In this document: positions 13,152 through 27,200 of the stretch, piece by piece | Layout: each line of letters starts with the position of its first letter | Numbering within the stretch: the first letter of the stretch is position 1 | NCBI RefSeq assembly: GCF_006345805.1 | Contig: NC_043008.1 | Coordinates: 60,388,001 to 60,452,000 of the forward strand | Direction: 5' to 3' | DNA: 64,000 bases | Source of the DNA: Octopus sinensis | Lineage: Eukaryota | Program-made: the position numbers and the translations under genes | The notes under the pieces: generated by a model | Databases searched by the model: none | What the model saw: the letters and a program-made list of their open reading frames with translations, nothing else | What the model was told of the DNA's origin: nothing

Positions 13152-14480
13152 TGTCAAAGATGGTAATTACTTGGGGAAATTGGAAATGGATAAATTAATG
13201 GAGAAAGAAATGACAGAAAAGTTTAAGGTGGAGTACTTGAGCATAGCTAGATTGATCCTTAAATCGAAATTAAAAGGACAGAATAGGATTGAAGCTATTA
13301 ACACTTGGGCGGTTTCACTCCTTAGATATGAAGCAGGGGTAATCACATAGACAACAGACGAACTAAACGGCTAAGACGGAACGACAAGGAAGTTGCTGAC
13401 TAGATATGTGATATTCTATCCAAAAAGTGACACAGACAGATTGTATGTACCAAGAAAAAGAAGGGGCAGAGGACTGATTGGATACGAATACAGCATTAGA
13501 GCAGAAGAAAACATATAACAAAATGCCACAGAACCGCTATTATTGGAAGTAAGAAAGCCAGGCTTGTGTAGGATGGAAGACTGCTATGATAAAGTGCTGT
13601 ACAAGCACTTGAGCATGAATGAACCGGAAAATAGGTGGATAAAGAGAAGAATGCATGGACAATTTCATAGGGATGTTGAAGATAAGACATGCAGAGAGAA
13701 AAGATGGTTATGGATAACTAGAAGTGATTTAAAACCGGAAACGGAGACTTCAGTTTGTGGTGCACAAGAGCAACCATTAAGAACCAATTACTTCAAATAT
13801 AGAATTGACAAAACATCAGAAAGTTATAAGTGCAGAATTTGTGGACAAAATGGTGAGACCGTATGGTATATTACCTACCAGTCAATCTACACCACTATCC
13901 CAGAAAGAATATAAGACGCGTCATCACAACATAGCAAGGGTACTCCATTGGACACTTTGCAACAAGTATGGACTTAACAAAGCAAAAAAGTGGTACGAAC
14001 ATAAACCCGAAGGCATCATCGTAAATGATACTGCTAAGTTCCTATGCGATTTTAAGATTTAGTGCGACCATGAGGTAAAGTACAGGAGACCAAGCATAGT
14101 CTTAATTGAGAAAGAAAGCAAACGATGCTGGATCATAAATATAGCATGCCCAGCTGGTATCAAGATATGCGATAAGAAAAAAAGAAAAGTTTATAGATAT
14201 GACAGGTTAGCGCGGGAGGATAAAGCAGATATGATCGATGAAAAAGGTGGTAGTAGTACCAATAATTGTTGGAGCCCTGGGAAAAGCGAGTAAAAAACTT
14301 GAGAAGTACATGGAACAAAGTGGGACTGCCCTAAGGGTGGAGCACTTGCATAAAAAAGAACTGCATGGAACCGCTCGAATACTCCAGATGGTGCTCAAAA
14401 AATAAGGGGTGTTACCTTAGTTCACGAATAGTGAACAACTGACATCGTCGTACATCTCCAATGTTAGAAGCTGTGCAAAA
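13151..14480 (+). mobile_element. 5'-truncated, decayed Dong/R4-clade non-LTR retrotransposon (RT C-terminus, CCHC knuckle, restriction-like endonuclease)
   Basis: Broken frames translate to YLGKLE...KSKLKGQNRIEAINTWAVSLLRY...KSDTDRLYVPRKRRGRGLI, MHGQF, YKCRICGQNGETVWYI, RHHNIARVLHW, WYEHKPEG, RPSIVLIEK, VVVVPIIVGALG and GTARIL. In-frame stops and frameshifts are present. It is preceded by (AAT)n 12926-13150 and followed by AATAATAAAATAAT. Confidence 0.9.
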
Positions 14481-16022
14481 TAATAAAATAATAAAAATAT
14501 TGATAATGATAGCCCTTTCTACCATAGGCGCAAGGCCTAGTCGAGTACATCGATACCAGTACTCGACGAGTACTTATTTTATCGACAAAGCAAAGTCGGC
14601 CTCGGAAGAATTTGTACTCAGAACTACAGAGGAAATGCCGCTAAGCCTTTGTACGGGGTGCTAACTACTCTGGTAATAGTGGTAATTATAATAAAACGCA
14701 CTATTTTTTAAGAATATGAATGCATATGTCCCGCACGCTGAAATTTTAAATTGCAGAGAGATACATTAAAGGTATTGTTTTTTGTTCAAATGATAACTTG
14801 CGAGTGCTGAGTAAAATGGCGGTTTCATCATGTCAGAATATTCAAGAAAATAAATGTTCAGACTAAGGAGACACATATGTGATACGTCCTTGACACATTT
14901 TTTTTCCTATTGCTGTTACCTTACTTACTGAACGTATGCCTAACTATATAGATAACATCACACCCTGTCGTGAAACAACACACCTGTTTTATACTCTAGT
15001 ATTCTTATATTTGTTATTTATTTATTTTCTTTACATTTCTTTTTCTTTTTCTCTGATCATTAAGAACGTAGTTTTAAGTTCTCCAAACAACTGTCTACAA
15101 TGTCACACCCTTATTTTATGCACAGTTTTTATTTCAGAAAAATATCTGACATGACAATATACTCACACATCTATGTTTCTGCTTGTATAACTATATATCT
15201 ATCTATCAATCTATCTATCTGTCAGCTATCTATTATTTTAAAAATGTTGTCGTTCACTGCATATAAATATTTTCAGAAACACATAAGCAAAGATAGAGAA
15301 ATATACATTCACATATATGCCTTTGTGTATGTATGTGGGGGTAAATAGTGAGAGAGAGAGAGAGAGAGAACGAGAGAGAGCAAGAGAGATGGAATGACGC
15401 AGATACCCATCCGTGTACAATTGCATCTCACAGCTTTACAAACTATTGCATCACCTTGTGTTCATGTGTGCACACATACACACGGGAGTTTGTGTGTGTG
15501 TATATGTTTATATGTGTATAACTAACCCCATGGTAACTAGACACTCGTAAATCTCAGAATGCTTATCGTTATTCGTCTAATGACGGAATTTATCATTAAT
15601 TTTGTTCCATAACCAATTAGAACTGAGACGAAAGTTCTGAAGAATTTTTATGTATACAGGAAACCACTAAATTTTGAATGTAGAAACTTAAATAGGGTCT
15701 GCACTTGTGTAACGTGCATTTTGCTGCAACTCAAACACACACACACACACAAACACACAATAACATACACACACACAAACATACATCTACAATCCAGCTC
15801 CTCTTCAACTGACGTAGGAAAATATAGTTGACAGTGATAGATACGAGAATATCAAATAAAGCATCTCAGATGATCGACGTCTCCCTGCATGTATATACAT
15901 ATACATGCACACACAAACACGCACACAATTGACGAAGTGATCGCAGAGCAATAACCTAAACATTTGTCCTCACACACACACACACACACATGTATATATA
16001 TATATACATCGTTACTATTATG

Positions 16023-16229
16023 CAAAAGTGACGTAAGTCCAAAAGGTTGGTTTCTCAGAAAAGGAAAAAAATAGTTTCTCTATTCAATTTTTTTTTTTAC
16101 ATTTCCAACAATTTCAGCTTAACAATAATACTTTGTTAGGTGCATAAAATTATAACTCCATGCATGTATGATATTTTGAGTCACAAATATTTTTGCAAAA
16201 CTGACGTTTGTGGACTTACTACACTTTTG
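16023..16229. mobile_element. Probable MITE or subterminal inverted-repeat remnant
   Basis: CAAAAGTGACGTAAGTCCAAAA (16023-16044) and TTGTGGACTTACTACACTTTTG (16208-16229) match 19/22 inverted, with an AT-rich spacer. Confidence 0.5.
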
Positions 16230-19200
16230 AAAAATACTAAACCATTGTGCTACAATTTTCATATCTTGGCATCTGAGCCAGCTGCAGATACAATAGTTTG
16301 ACTAAAAGAACCGGCTATTACAAACAAAATTCAATATTTCAAAAATTCCCATTTGGGCAAAGTTTGACATACGTCTCCATTTAACTCATAAACGCATATG
16401 TATTCAGGCACACACCTACTCATATATATGTATGTGTGCAAGCGCAAATGATACGTGAACTAGAGCAATGCCCATTTGGCGGAGGATTGTCGATGGTTTG
16501 TGGTATTTAATCCACTAGAGTTGTGCAGACACTCTATTATCATTCTACACATCAAAAAAGCAGCGAACAATATAATGATTTCACTGGAAACCTCTAAAGA
16601 GCAATGACGTTGGTTGTAACCACACGGTATTAGATTTTCTGGGGAAAATATGCTTTGTAATGCGAATAGCGTAAAACTTGTCTATGGGCTGAGTGTCATA
16701 TTATATAAACGCTAGTCTTACACTTTAATTAGAAAACGTTTGAAAAAAAAAATGTTCAAATCTGTATAGGATTGTTATAGGTCATTAGACTGTGACCAGT
16801 AAATGCTTTGTACATACTTATCAGCTTGCAATATAAAACCGACCACATGCCGGTTCTAACTTCAGAAAAATAGAGAACGGAAATTTCATAGCTTAATAAT
16901 ATCTTTTGGTGAATGCTCTGAAGTCTCTTTGTCTGCGACGTTTTTATGTAATTTGTTATATTTTATCGCATTTTTTGCACAGCCGCAAACATCTAAGGAA
17001 AGGACACGGTCTATTAATTTAACTACATGATTTAACAACTACATATATCATCTAGCCTCTAGTGATAAAAGTTAAGAATGATTTCGGTGTGGTTCGAACT
17101 CTAAAAAGAAACTATGTTACTACATTTTGGTATACCTATTCTGCGGGACATTGTATTATAGGTATCATATATGCATGCTCACTGTACAGGAGCGGGTTAG
17201 ATATATTAACTCTGAATTTTATTGTCGCTTGGTTAAGGAAAAAGTGCCACTCCACTATTCGAGTTGGTTAAGAAAAGAAAAATTCTTTCGTACTTAACCT
17301 ATATGAGTTTCTTTCTATGTTGCAAATGAATATTGCTTTACACCTGAGATACAAGGCCATTTGTTGAGAAGCTATCTCTTATATTTTGACTGGTACGGTA
17401 TTTTATCGCGCACAAAAGGTAAAGTTGTCCAAATGCAGAACTCCAAATTAGAATGGAAATATTTATGTAGAAATTCTGTACATAAGCTACCGAACCTACA
17501 AATCCACCCCGATATGGGTACTTGAATGTCAATGACAGTTTCAAAAATATAACGACAAGTGTAAAATAAAAATTTATAAACATCAACCAACTCTATGATA
17601 TAGAGTGTTATAATTCGAGCAGTGTTCTCATTCTGATTGCTACTTTTAGATAGAAAACCAATAAGTGTATTCCTACTAGAAGCTTAACCCTATAGCATTT
17701 CCTCCTAGAATCTTAGCATGTCACCCAAAAAGAGAGAACCATTAGATAATTAATCCTTTATCTATATCAGACAGGAGATTAATCAGATTGGTGTTATTCT
17801 TTTCTCGGGGTGCCATCAATGGTTGAGTACCTTCTTCACCTGCTCACGAAGTTTGTTATAAATTCATTAAAACTGTCGGTTATTTAGTCGAGATGAGCTA
17901 ATTAGTATACATAACCCATTCTTCATAGGTAGTTCAGTAAATAAATAATGATGGATTAACAGTGATTGATTTCTGTTTTATACTGTAGTACAGATTATGT
18001 CTACGGATTTTTTGACGACGATTTAAGCAATAGATAAATGCTTTTAAATACGATATCTTCGTGGAATGTAAAACAAGATCTAGCGGATTAATTTCAAAAC
18101 CATTTGAGATTTCATGACCGACTGAGCCCCATTTTGCATTTTCTACTCCCCACTAAGACCGTGTCTAGACAGAATAGTTGTTTACAAAAGTCTATTACAG
18201 ACAGTGTTAGCTAATATTTTAAAGTATAGTCTGCCGTACACTATAAGAGTATAATAAAACAAAATTGATAAGGTACTAGCAATGTACAACGTTTTTCAGT
18301 GGAGTTTTGTGACCGTGTGAGATTGAAGCACTACCAAGCGTTGGTTTGCTTTTTGTCAAGAATGGCTAATATTATTCTACCAACGACGAGTCCATTGTTT
18401 TAAATTCAAATGACGTGTTTGCTTAATACTTCCTTTATTTTAAGAGGGTAGTATGTGATTTGCGATGTATTTGCTTGATAAAGAGAGGAGATCGAGGAAG
18501 CACGTGGAAGCTCTGTCACAGGATGGCGCCTGTTTTATTTAATTAGAAGGCTGTGTTAAAGGTTTGAAAAATAAGAGTTCCAGTTGCATCCAGCTAGTAA
18601 ATTGCTTTTTCAACCATAATTCTGCCACAGTATGATGCTTGTACTGGCTTCTACTCAGTTCTGTACAACCGAGGAAAACTAGAATACATGCCAGAAAAAA
18701 TAGAAACTCCTTGACATTTTGCTCCAAATTTACACACATGTACGTCAGTATGTGAGTGTGTATATATAAATACATACAGAGACGCTTTCGGCTTTATATG
18801 AATATATAAGCACATGGAAGTTTTATAAATAAAAGCTTTCTTGCCCATTTGAGTGCATGGACACGAATAGGTGTGCCAACATTATATATAAATCTATTTC
18901 CTTTTTCGAGATCAGCCACAGTTTATCGCTGGAAAAAAGCATATAGTATTTTCCGAGTTGAATGAGTTTCCATCACTAGCTGGTGATTAACACTCACTGA
19001 AACAGGCAACCACCCAGAAACCTGAGTCCGTGTGTATGAAGCAAGGCTAGAGAAGGGAGCGATAACCTCCTCTCGCAATACAAATCAGACACGGAATGTG
19101 TGCCGCTATCCAGCTGGAAGACATGTCTTCCTGGGGCTATAAACGGTAGTAGCACTGTCCTTTATAGGATGTCACACTGGTTGCAAATTATATATATATA

Positions 19201-19429
19201 TGTATTGTATTCAGTCAATTCGAGGATGTCTTATCCTCCTAAGGAATTAATATATCCAAAATTTCACGGTGTAATCCCCATCACGTTGGAGGGAAATCTC
19301 CACGATATATATGGGATTACTATAAGTATTATTTAATAATAGGCGAGAAAATGGAGAGTTGGTAAGTATGTAAATTCATTCTTTAACATAGCTTCAAGAT
19401 AAAAACTGAATACATTCATAATGCATATA

Positions 19430-19475
<46 letters not shown>

Positions 19476-19759
19476 ATATATATATATATATAATATATAT
19501 ATATATATTTAAAATAGGAGATGTGGAACACGAGTTGTGATATATAAAAAAGGAAATGAAATAAATGCTGACAAAATAATTTAAGTAATTTAAGTAATTT
19601 AATTAGGTGAAAAGTTCTTTTTACCGGTTGCGCATTTGTTATGCTTATCAAAAGATGTTTTTTAAGAGAGATAGAGTTCCTTTCTGATAGATTTTTTCCT
19701 CTTATTTCCTCTTTTTCCTCTTATATATATATATATATATATGAGAGGCTGAATATCCT

Positions 19760-19945
19760 TCCAGAGCCATAGATTCACAAGGCTGGTTTCGTGGATTTTA
19801 TCATGTATAATGTTCCTACTCTGGACGGGAAGCAAGTTCTCACTGGATTAACACATTTTATGCCTGGTGAAATGAAGTGCCTTGTTTAACAACACTGTGT
19901 ATCCTCTTGTCCAGGAATCGAAACAATAATCCTACCATCATGAGT
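19760..19945 (-). mobile_element. Decayed head-B SINE fragment
   Basis: GAAATGAAGTGCCTTG and GGAATCGAAAC...CATGAGTG resemble the head-B/CORE block. Confidence 0.5.
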
Positions 19946-20599
19946 GCAACGCCATAAACATTAATCCCCACCTCTCTACACGGACAAGACACCCACACAC
20001 AAATACACACACATTCCATATCAATGCTTTTAATCTTTAAATGACAATAAAAGCCTCTGTCAAATCCAGGGTAGTTCATTATTTACCTTTCATTATTTTC
20101 ACGGTGAGTGCTTTATAATAAATTGCTAGTTTACAACCATAAATTAGCGGAACTATTAGTGTCGCTTGAAGGCTTATTAAACACAATTATGGATAGCTCT
20201 ATTATTTTTTACTTCGTGAAGAAGGCATAATGGATCGAACCGACAAAAGAGCTCCCACCTGGCTAAATAATGTGCTAAAAATAGGAACTAGTGCAAAGTA
20301 TGACATCTTTCCGAATTAAAAAAAAAAACAAAAAGGAAGTATTCACAGAACAAAGAATTCTCTGATGTAGACAAAGTCGGGATTGCCTAAGGTATGATAG
20401 CTTTAGCTAAGAAGCCTAATTTTTCAATGGAGTGCAGCCTTCGGTTAAAAATGTTAATCAATAGAAACGAGGATTCTAAAAGGCTTTCGCACATTAATGA
20501 AGCTGCTAGATTGAAATTTGAAACCCTTGTAACATGACTGCAGAGCAATTTTGTTGCATAAATCATCCTGATAGTTTGAGGGATTAGAGACATTATATA

Positions 20600-20648
<49 letters not shown>

Positions 20649-20749
20649 CTTATATGCGGTGCTATTAAGTTAGACATGGCCTGGACCAATCTTTGGTTGA
20701 AATCTAAGTTTTATGCGTGTATGTATATATATAGATATGTTTGCATGTA

Positions 20750-21259
20750 CCGTAAATGTTCGAGTATAATCCGCCCTTGAGTATAATACGCAGGGATTTT
20801 TAGGGGGATGTACCTCTGAAAAACCTAAACCTTGTGTATAATACGCACTCCTTCTCTAACTTGAGTCGTGCGTAATTAAGCCAGCAGCACAGTTTAACAA
20901 ACACTTTTGCGCATATGTAATACAACAATAATAATGTTCTCAGCTGTTATATGGGAATGTAAATGTTTGAAAATTGTTTTTGTTACGTGTTATTCTGTAT
21001 TCTGAATACTTTTATTTTAATAAATGTTGCTTACTGCAACTTATGTGTGATTCTTTTATGACTTCATTGCTTTCAGGCTTAGCTTAAGGTATTTTTGCGC
21101 CCGACATCACAAAATGCGTCTGAATAAACATTGCCGGACAGCAAATAGAGACTCGGACATTGCTTAGAAAATATTTTTCATTTTTAACCTCGTATATTGT
21201 ACGCACGAGGGATTTTGACCTTTTGGGAAAAAATGCGGATTGTACTCGAGGATTTACGG
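20750..21259. mobile_element. 510-bp MITE with CCGTA-type TIRs (Tc2/pogo-like), TA TSD
   Basis: Left end TA-CCGTAAATGTTCGAGTATAATCCGC; right end GCGGATTGTACTCGAGGATTTACGG-TA (about 24/27 inverted identity). No transposase ORF. Confidence 0.85.
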
Positions 21260-21880
21260 TATGTATGTATGTATCTATGTAGGTAGGTAGGTAGGTAGGT
21301 AGGTAGGTAGGTAGGTAGGTAGGTAGGTAAGTAGGTATGTGTTCATGCATGGAAGGATGGATGGCTAGAGAGATTCACACACACACACACAGGTTTACAC
21401 AAATTTATATACATATAACAGCATTGTAATTGTATTACTTTCGACAAGTACTTTACTAACCGTATCAGAAATATACTATGGGAAACAAACAAACGAGAAA
21501 GAGTTAATCGAAGCGACAATTTTGGAGTATAGCAGTGTCATTGCAAAATAATTATTACGTGTTTTAGTGGCTTAAATCTTCTTTAACCTAATTAGTGATA
21601 AAGTTTTGCTTTCACATCGATAATTGTAGATATACTTACTGCACGTATTATTTTATTATTTAGAAAGCTGCAAAGTCACAACTGTCTATTCATGTCATCC
21701 CTAGCGTAAATCTATCAGAAATAATTATCATTACATTTTTTCTTTGTATGACTACTTATCTTTGCTATTAGCTGTATGGTGTCTTAAAATTCCCAGTCTG
21801 GCTAAGATAAAGTATTCCAATTCATTTCGTCAAATTATGGAACTCCGCGTGTATGTCAATGTATGTGTTTATGTGTGTGG

Positions 21881-21918
<38 letters not shown>

Positions 21919-21924
21919 ATATAT

Positions 21925-21962
<38 letters not shown>

Positions 21963-22088
21963 TGTGTATATATCTATCTATCTATATATATATGCATACA
22001 AATATATATAAACATATATATATATATATATAAGACAGAGATTAAGAGAAAGAGAGAGAAAAAGCGAGGGGCAAATGTGAAGAAGAAG

Positions 22089-22142
<54 letters not shown>

Positions 22143-22272
22143 TAGATAGTGATATCAGTATAAGTAGATAGAGAAACAGACCTCTGGATGCCAGAGGGAT
22201 GGATATATTGATCGATTTTGATACGCATTTGGGCGATTATATTTTCATTATTCAATCAACTGAATTAGTAAA

Positions 22273-22603
22273 GACCCACTTCAGTCACGAATGACCATGG
22301 GCATGTACTTACAAAGTTACCGTCTTAGGTAGAATTCTGAGCACTGTTGATTATAGAATATCAACAGTCACCTATGTATAACATCCTTCTCTCTCAACGC
22401 CACCGATGTTGTCCAATGGAAAAGCAAAGACCGACACACATGTCATCAGTGACGTCGCAACGCATTAATACAGATGAGTGAACTGAAGGAACGTGTAATA
22501 AAGTGTCTTGCTCAAGAACAGAACACACAGTTCTGTTTGGGAATATCGAACTCACTACTTCGTGATTGTGAGCCCGACATTTTAACCACTGAGTATTGCG
22601 CCT
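22273..22603 (-). mobile_element. SINE head B + CORE-like block + tail iv (older copy)
   Basis: Homologous to 5960-6286. Confidence 0.75.
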
Positions 22604-22714
22604 TCAACTGAACTAAACACTCACTAAACTGAGCGTGAGAATTTCATCAAGATTGTAAAATTCAAATTTATCCTGAACTAAACTCAGCTTGACATAATAT
22701 CTGAGGAGGGTAGA

Positions 22715-23126
22715 GTCGCGAACTTGGCAGAAACGTTAGCACGCCGGGCGAAATGCGTAGCCGTATTTCGTCTGCCATTACGTTCTGAGTTCAAATTCCG
22801 CCGAGGTCGACTTTGCCTTTCATCATTTCAGGGTCGATTAATTAAGTACCAGATATGCACTTAATCCGATTAAATAAGTACCAGATATGCACTTAATCCG
22901 TTTGTCTGTCCTTGTTTGTCCTCTGTGTTTAGCCCCTTGTAGGTAGTAAAGAAATATGTATTTTGTCTGCCGTTACGTTCTGAGTTCAAATTCCGCCGTG
23001 GTCGACTTTGCCTTTCATCCTTTCGGGGTCGATAAATTAAGTACCAGATGCGTACTGAGGTCGATCTACTCGTCTGGCCACCTCTCCCAAAATTTCGAGC
23101 TTTGTGCCTCGAGTAGAGAAGATTAT
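22715..23126 (+). mobile_element. Family D SINE doublet (tail-1 copy joined to tail-2 copy at 22957/22958)
   Basis: Two bodies in tandem; internal 32-bp tandem duplication at 22837-22868 / 22869-22900. Confidence 0.85.
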
Positions 23127-23363
23127 TTGACGAGGGTGAACTTTTGAATTAGAAGTGCAATTCATTCGACGAGCTGCTGGACAACTTAATTATAACAGCA
23201 AGATGTAGGTTGGCATGGAATTATCGGGAGGCAAAAAAATGGTAAAAGATGCAACTCGTTGGCATAAAAACTGGGAGCTCTTGATTACGAAGTAAATTTT
23301 TTAAAAGCTGAACGAAGCTTGCAACCACAGCAAACACACATAAGCTCTACGCATAATGAGCTG

Positions 23364-23436
<73 letters not shown>
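23364..23436. repeat. (CTAT)n microsatellite
   Basis: Read directly from the sequence; a (TAGG)n tract lies at about 21278-21330. Confidence 0.95.
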
Positions 23437-23437
<1 letters not shown>

Positions 23438-23736
23438 CTCGTATACGCATGCATGTGTATATGTGTAGTGTGTGTGAAAGAGAGAAAATGAGAGAGAAAG
23501 AGTGAGAGAATGACAAACAGAAAGACAGACATGCAGTAGACAGATAGTTAAACTGTAAACCAGGAGAAAATTTGGCTCTAAACCAATTATCAGTGATTTT
23601 CAGGCCATCTGTTCTGAACATTATGTCAAAATAGAATTAACCTAGTTTTGTCATAGTAAATCTGATTAGAGAACGAAAGAAGACAAAGATGAAGAAGCAG
23701 ATGTCATAGCAGCGCAGTCAGTAGGATTGGAATTGT

Positions 23737-23744
23737 TATTATTA

Positions 23745-23804
<60 letters not shown>

Positions 23805-23860
23805 GTAGTAGTAGTAGTAGTAGTAGTAGTTGTTGTTGTAGTAGTAGTAGTAGTATTAGT
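23737..23860. repeat. Compound (TAT)n-(TAG)n-(TTG)n microsatellite
   Basis: Read directly from the sequence; it generates the poly-L/V/I/N/T ORF artefacts. Confidence 0.95.
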
Positions 23861-24280
23861 AGTACTGGTTGTAGTAGCGGTATGTGGTGTAGTTGGAGGT
23901 AAAAAAAAGTACGGTAAGTGTCTGTGGAAGGTGGAGTAATTTTTGAAAAATGTAGAATCAACTTGTGAGAGGAGTATGTCGCCCAAGAGAGCAGAGCGTG
24001 AGAGTTATAAGCCGAAAAAAAAAAGAAAAGAAAAAAGAAAAGACAGAAAGAGAGAGGAGAGAATTTGCGCTTCATTATTTAAGGGAAAACGGTTTCGGGG
24101 TAAATTCTGTGGGAGTATTTATTAATAATAGCAAACTGTTATGAAATTGGAACAACATATAGTAACAGTTTTCCGAATCTGCAATTCGGGTGCTATATAT
24201 TAAGTTGTATATTTGTTACACAATTTTGTCTTCATAAATTCAGAATGAATTAGTGATCATATGTAAAACTACTTAACACA

Positions 24281-24327
<47 letters not shown>

Positions 24328-25247
24328 CGCACATATATATATATATATATATATACGTTTATGTATTTGTTTTGCGAAGACGTGAGTCGAAACAGATACT
24401 GTTATATTTGGGGATGGTCACAGTTTTGCCAACTAAATACCCAATATATTGGTTTTCACCACGGCTTTGCTATTATTATCATTATTTTAGGGTCCTTTGC
24501 CCAAGCTCTTTCCTCACACATACTGTAACCTCTTTTTATCCTACGTGCCTCCTCTTGTTCTCTTCAGCCCGAGAGGAGGTATGTAGAACAAGAGGAGTTA
24601 CATGAGATAAAATGTCATTGAAGAATTCACAGGATGTGTGATAAAATAGCTTAGGTAAAAGACCCTAACATAGTAATGATAACATAGCAGATGTATGTGT
24701 GTTTAACTGGCCAAAATAAGACCAACCTCAAATATAACAATATATTTATATAATGGCCTCTCCCGTCTTAGATGTCGTATGAGCGCTCAGATTTTACCGT
24801 ACGATCTGTACAAATGATTTGCTTTATAGGGATCAAATGATCGTGCCGTACATTAGATCTCTCTCTCCGTCGATCGATGTTTTCTGAACAGGCGTATAGT
24901 GTACTGCACGTCAGTGTCGAAGTGATCATAGAACAACGTGGGATGAAGTCTTTTGCTGAAGAACACAATGCAGCACCCCGTCTAGGAATTGAAATTATGA
25001 TTGCTACAGTGTGAGTGTAACACCCTCACCACTAGGCCATGATGGGCTTGAAGTATGAAAGTGTGGACAGGCATCGATTTCACCGTCTCACAAAAGAAGA
25101 CCGAAAGAAGGTGGTTAACTATGATGCAACATCATCAACAAATGCTCAAACAAATGCCCAAGTGACCAAACAATCAAGGGAGGAGATAGACAGGATGTAT
25201 AACTATATGTACGAGTATGTATCAGTGAATAAAACATCGGAAATGTA

Positions 25248-25520
25248 TTCTTTTCGTCTCTAGGCACAAGGCCCGAAAGTTTTCGGGAGGGGGGCCAGTC
25301 GATTATATCGACCTCAGTACGCAGCTGCTACTTAATTTATTGCTCCCGAAATCATGAAAGGCAAAGTCGAACTCGGCGAATTTGAACTCAGAACGGCGGA
25401 CGAAATACCTATTTCTTTACTACCCAGAAGGGGCTAAACAGAGAGGGGACTAACAAGGACACACAAACGGATTAAGTCGATTATATCGACCCCAGTGCGT
25501 AACTGGTACTTATTTAATCA
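25248..25520 (-). mobile_element. Family D SINE doublet (junction 25408/25409), truncated
   Basis: GACGAAATAC|CTATTTCTTTACT junction. Confidence 0.8.
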
Positions 25521-25567
25521 GTCTAGCTCCAGTCTTGATTTAGTAATATATTATTATAATATTCACT

Positions 25568-25822
25568 AATGTCGTGTCTTTGGGCAAGAAACAATATTTC
25601 ACGTTACTCCAGTTTGACTCAGCTGGCAAAAAAATGAGTTGTGCCTATATTTCAAAGGAGCAGCCTTGTCACACACTGTGTCATGCTGAATCTCCCTGAG
25701 AACTACGTTAAGAGTACATGTGTCTGTCGAGTGCTTAGTCATTTGCACGTGAATTTCACGAGCAGGCTGTTCTGTTGATTGGATCAACTACAACCCTCGT
25801 CGTCGTAGCCGACAGATTGCCA
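25568..25822 (+). mobile_element. 5'-truncated SINE (CORE-like block + tail i)
   Basis: Homologous to 51420-51663. Confidence 0.8.
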
Positions 25823-26269
25823 TATGTTCATTAATGCATATTTAACATATGCTTACTCTAATAAACTTTAATTAATATACTTATGTTTTATCGTTTCCTT
25901 ATGATTATAATTACTTTGAATATTGAAAATATATTATATTTTCCCCAAGTTCTTTTAACCTTATTCAGTACTCTCTACAAATTACTCACGTCGGCAGTGT
26001 TCATAACTTTATCGTTGTCAGCTCCCGCAAATGTTTTCTTTTAAACATGCGTTGTTATTGGAGAAGCTCCCTTAGTGGTGAGGTCTGTATTTCTTTATTA
26101 TAGTTTAGCAGACAAAAGATATTCTTTTCACAAACGAAATGCCTAAATGCAATTAGATGCAGCTAGGAACGAAATTAGCAAGATTTGTCTACTCGAAATG
26201 TAACAGCAAATAATACACAGGTTGACATTTTAGTAACGTAGATGTGGTGGTAATATAGGCGTAGTGGTA

Positions 26270-26321
26270 CTTACTACTACAACTACCACCACCACCACCA
26301 CCACCACCACCACCACCACCA

Positions 26322-26354
<33 letters not shown>

Positions 26355-26512
26355 CACTACCACTAACACTACTACCACTACCACTACTACTACTACTACT
26401 ACAACTAATGCCAATACTACTACCACAACAACAACTAATACCACTACTACCACTACTACTATCACTACTACTATCACTACTACTACCACTACCACTACTA
26501 CTACTACTACTA
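26270..26512. repeat. Compound (ACC)n/(ACT)n trinucleotide repeat
   Basis: Read directly from the sequence; source of the poly-T/L/V/W ORFs. Confidence 0.95.
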
Positions 26513-26669
26513 GAAATGGATGAGAGTTTGTTGATATCATCTACGTTAGCTCTTGATACGATATGTTATCGAGCCAAAAAGACGAAAAGCAACGACGACC
26601 ACTAAGAAGTTTGAACTCAAGCGTAAAGAGCCAGAAGAAATACGCCAAAACATTTATTTCCGACGGCTT

Positions 26670-26706
<37 letters not shown>

Positions 26707-26971
26707 TAACAACTAGCTCTCAAATACAACTGATGAGGTCGAATGCCCATCATTGACAAGACCAAACTTTATGGTTTGGTGATATCGTGGTCTAAGCGCT
26801 GACGAAGGGGGGATTTATCTCGCCGATAGCGATATGAATTGGAGTGCATTTTGCATCAAAAGCGCCAATATGAGAGTTTGTCACGTGGTAACTACTGCAG
26901 TATAGTTTGTTCAAAGAGAAAATCCATGTTCATGGGGGAATAAATGAATATATATATATATATATATATAT

Positions 26972-27200
26972 GGGGAAATTCACGAAAAAACAACAAAAGA
27001 CAAAGACAGGTGGCGTAGCAAAGAAACAGATGTATTAGTATAACGCTCGGGAATTGAAAAAATCTTTAACGTTTCGTGCCTACGCTCATCCATAGAAAGG
27101 AACACAGAAAGAAACAGGGAGAGAAAAAAAATGTGTGTAGTGGCTACCGATCTATCATGGCGAATGCCAGAGAGAAGGGTCACGGGGTGCATGTGTGTGT
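26972..27200 (-). mobile_element. Related ~220-bp repeat with decayed hammerhead-like motif
   Basis: The reverse complement has CTTT-CTATGGA-T-GAGC GTAG GCAC-GAAA-CGTTAAAG, followed by TTCCCGAGCGT as in the 29974 family. Homologous to 42420-42600 (+). Confidence 0.5.
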
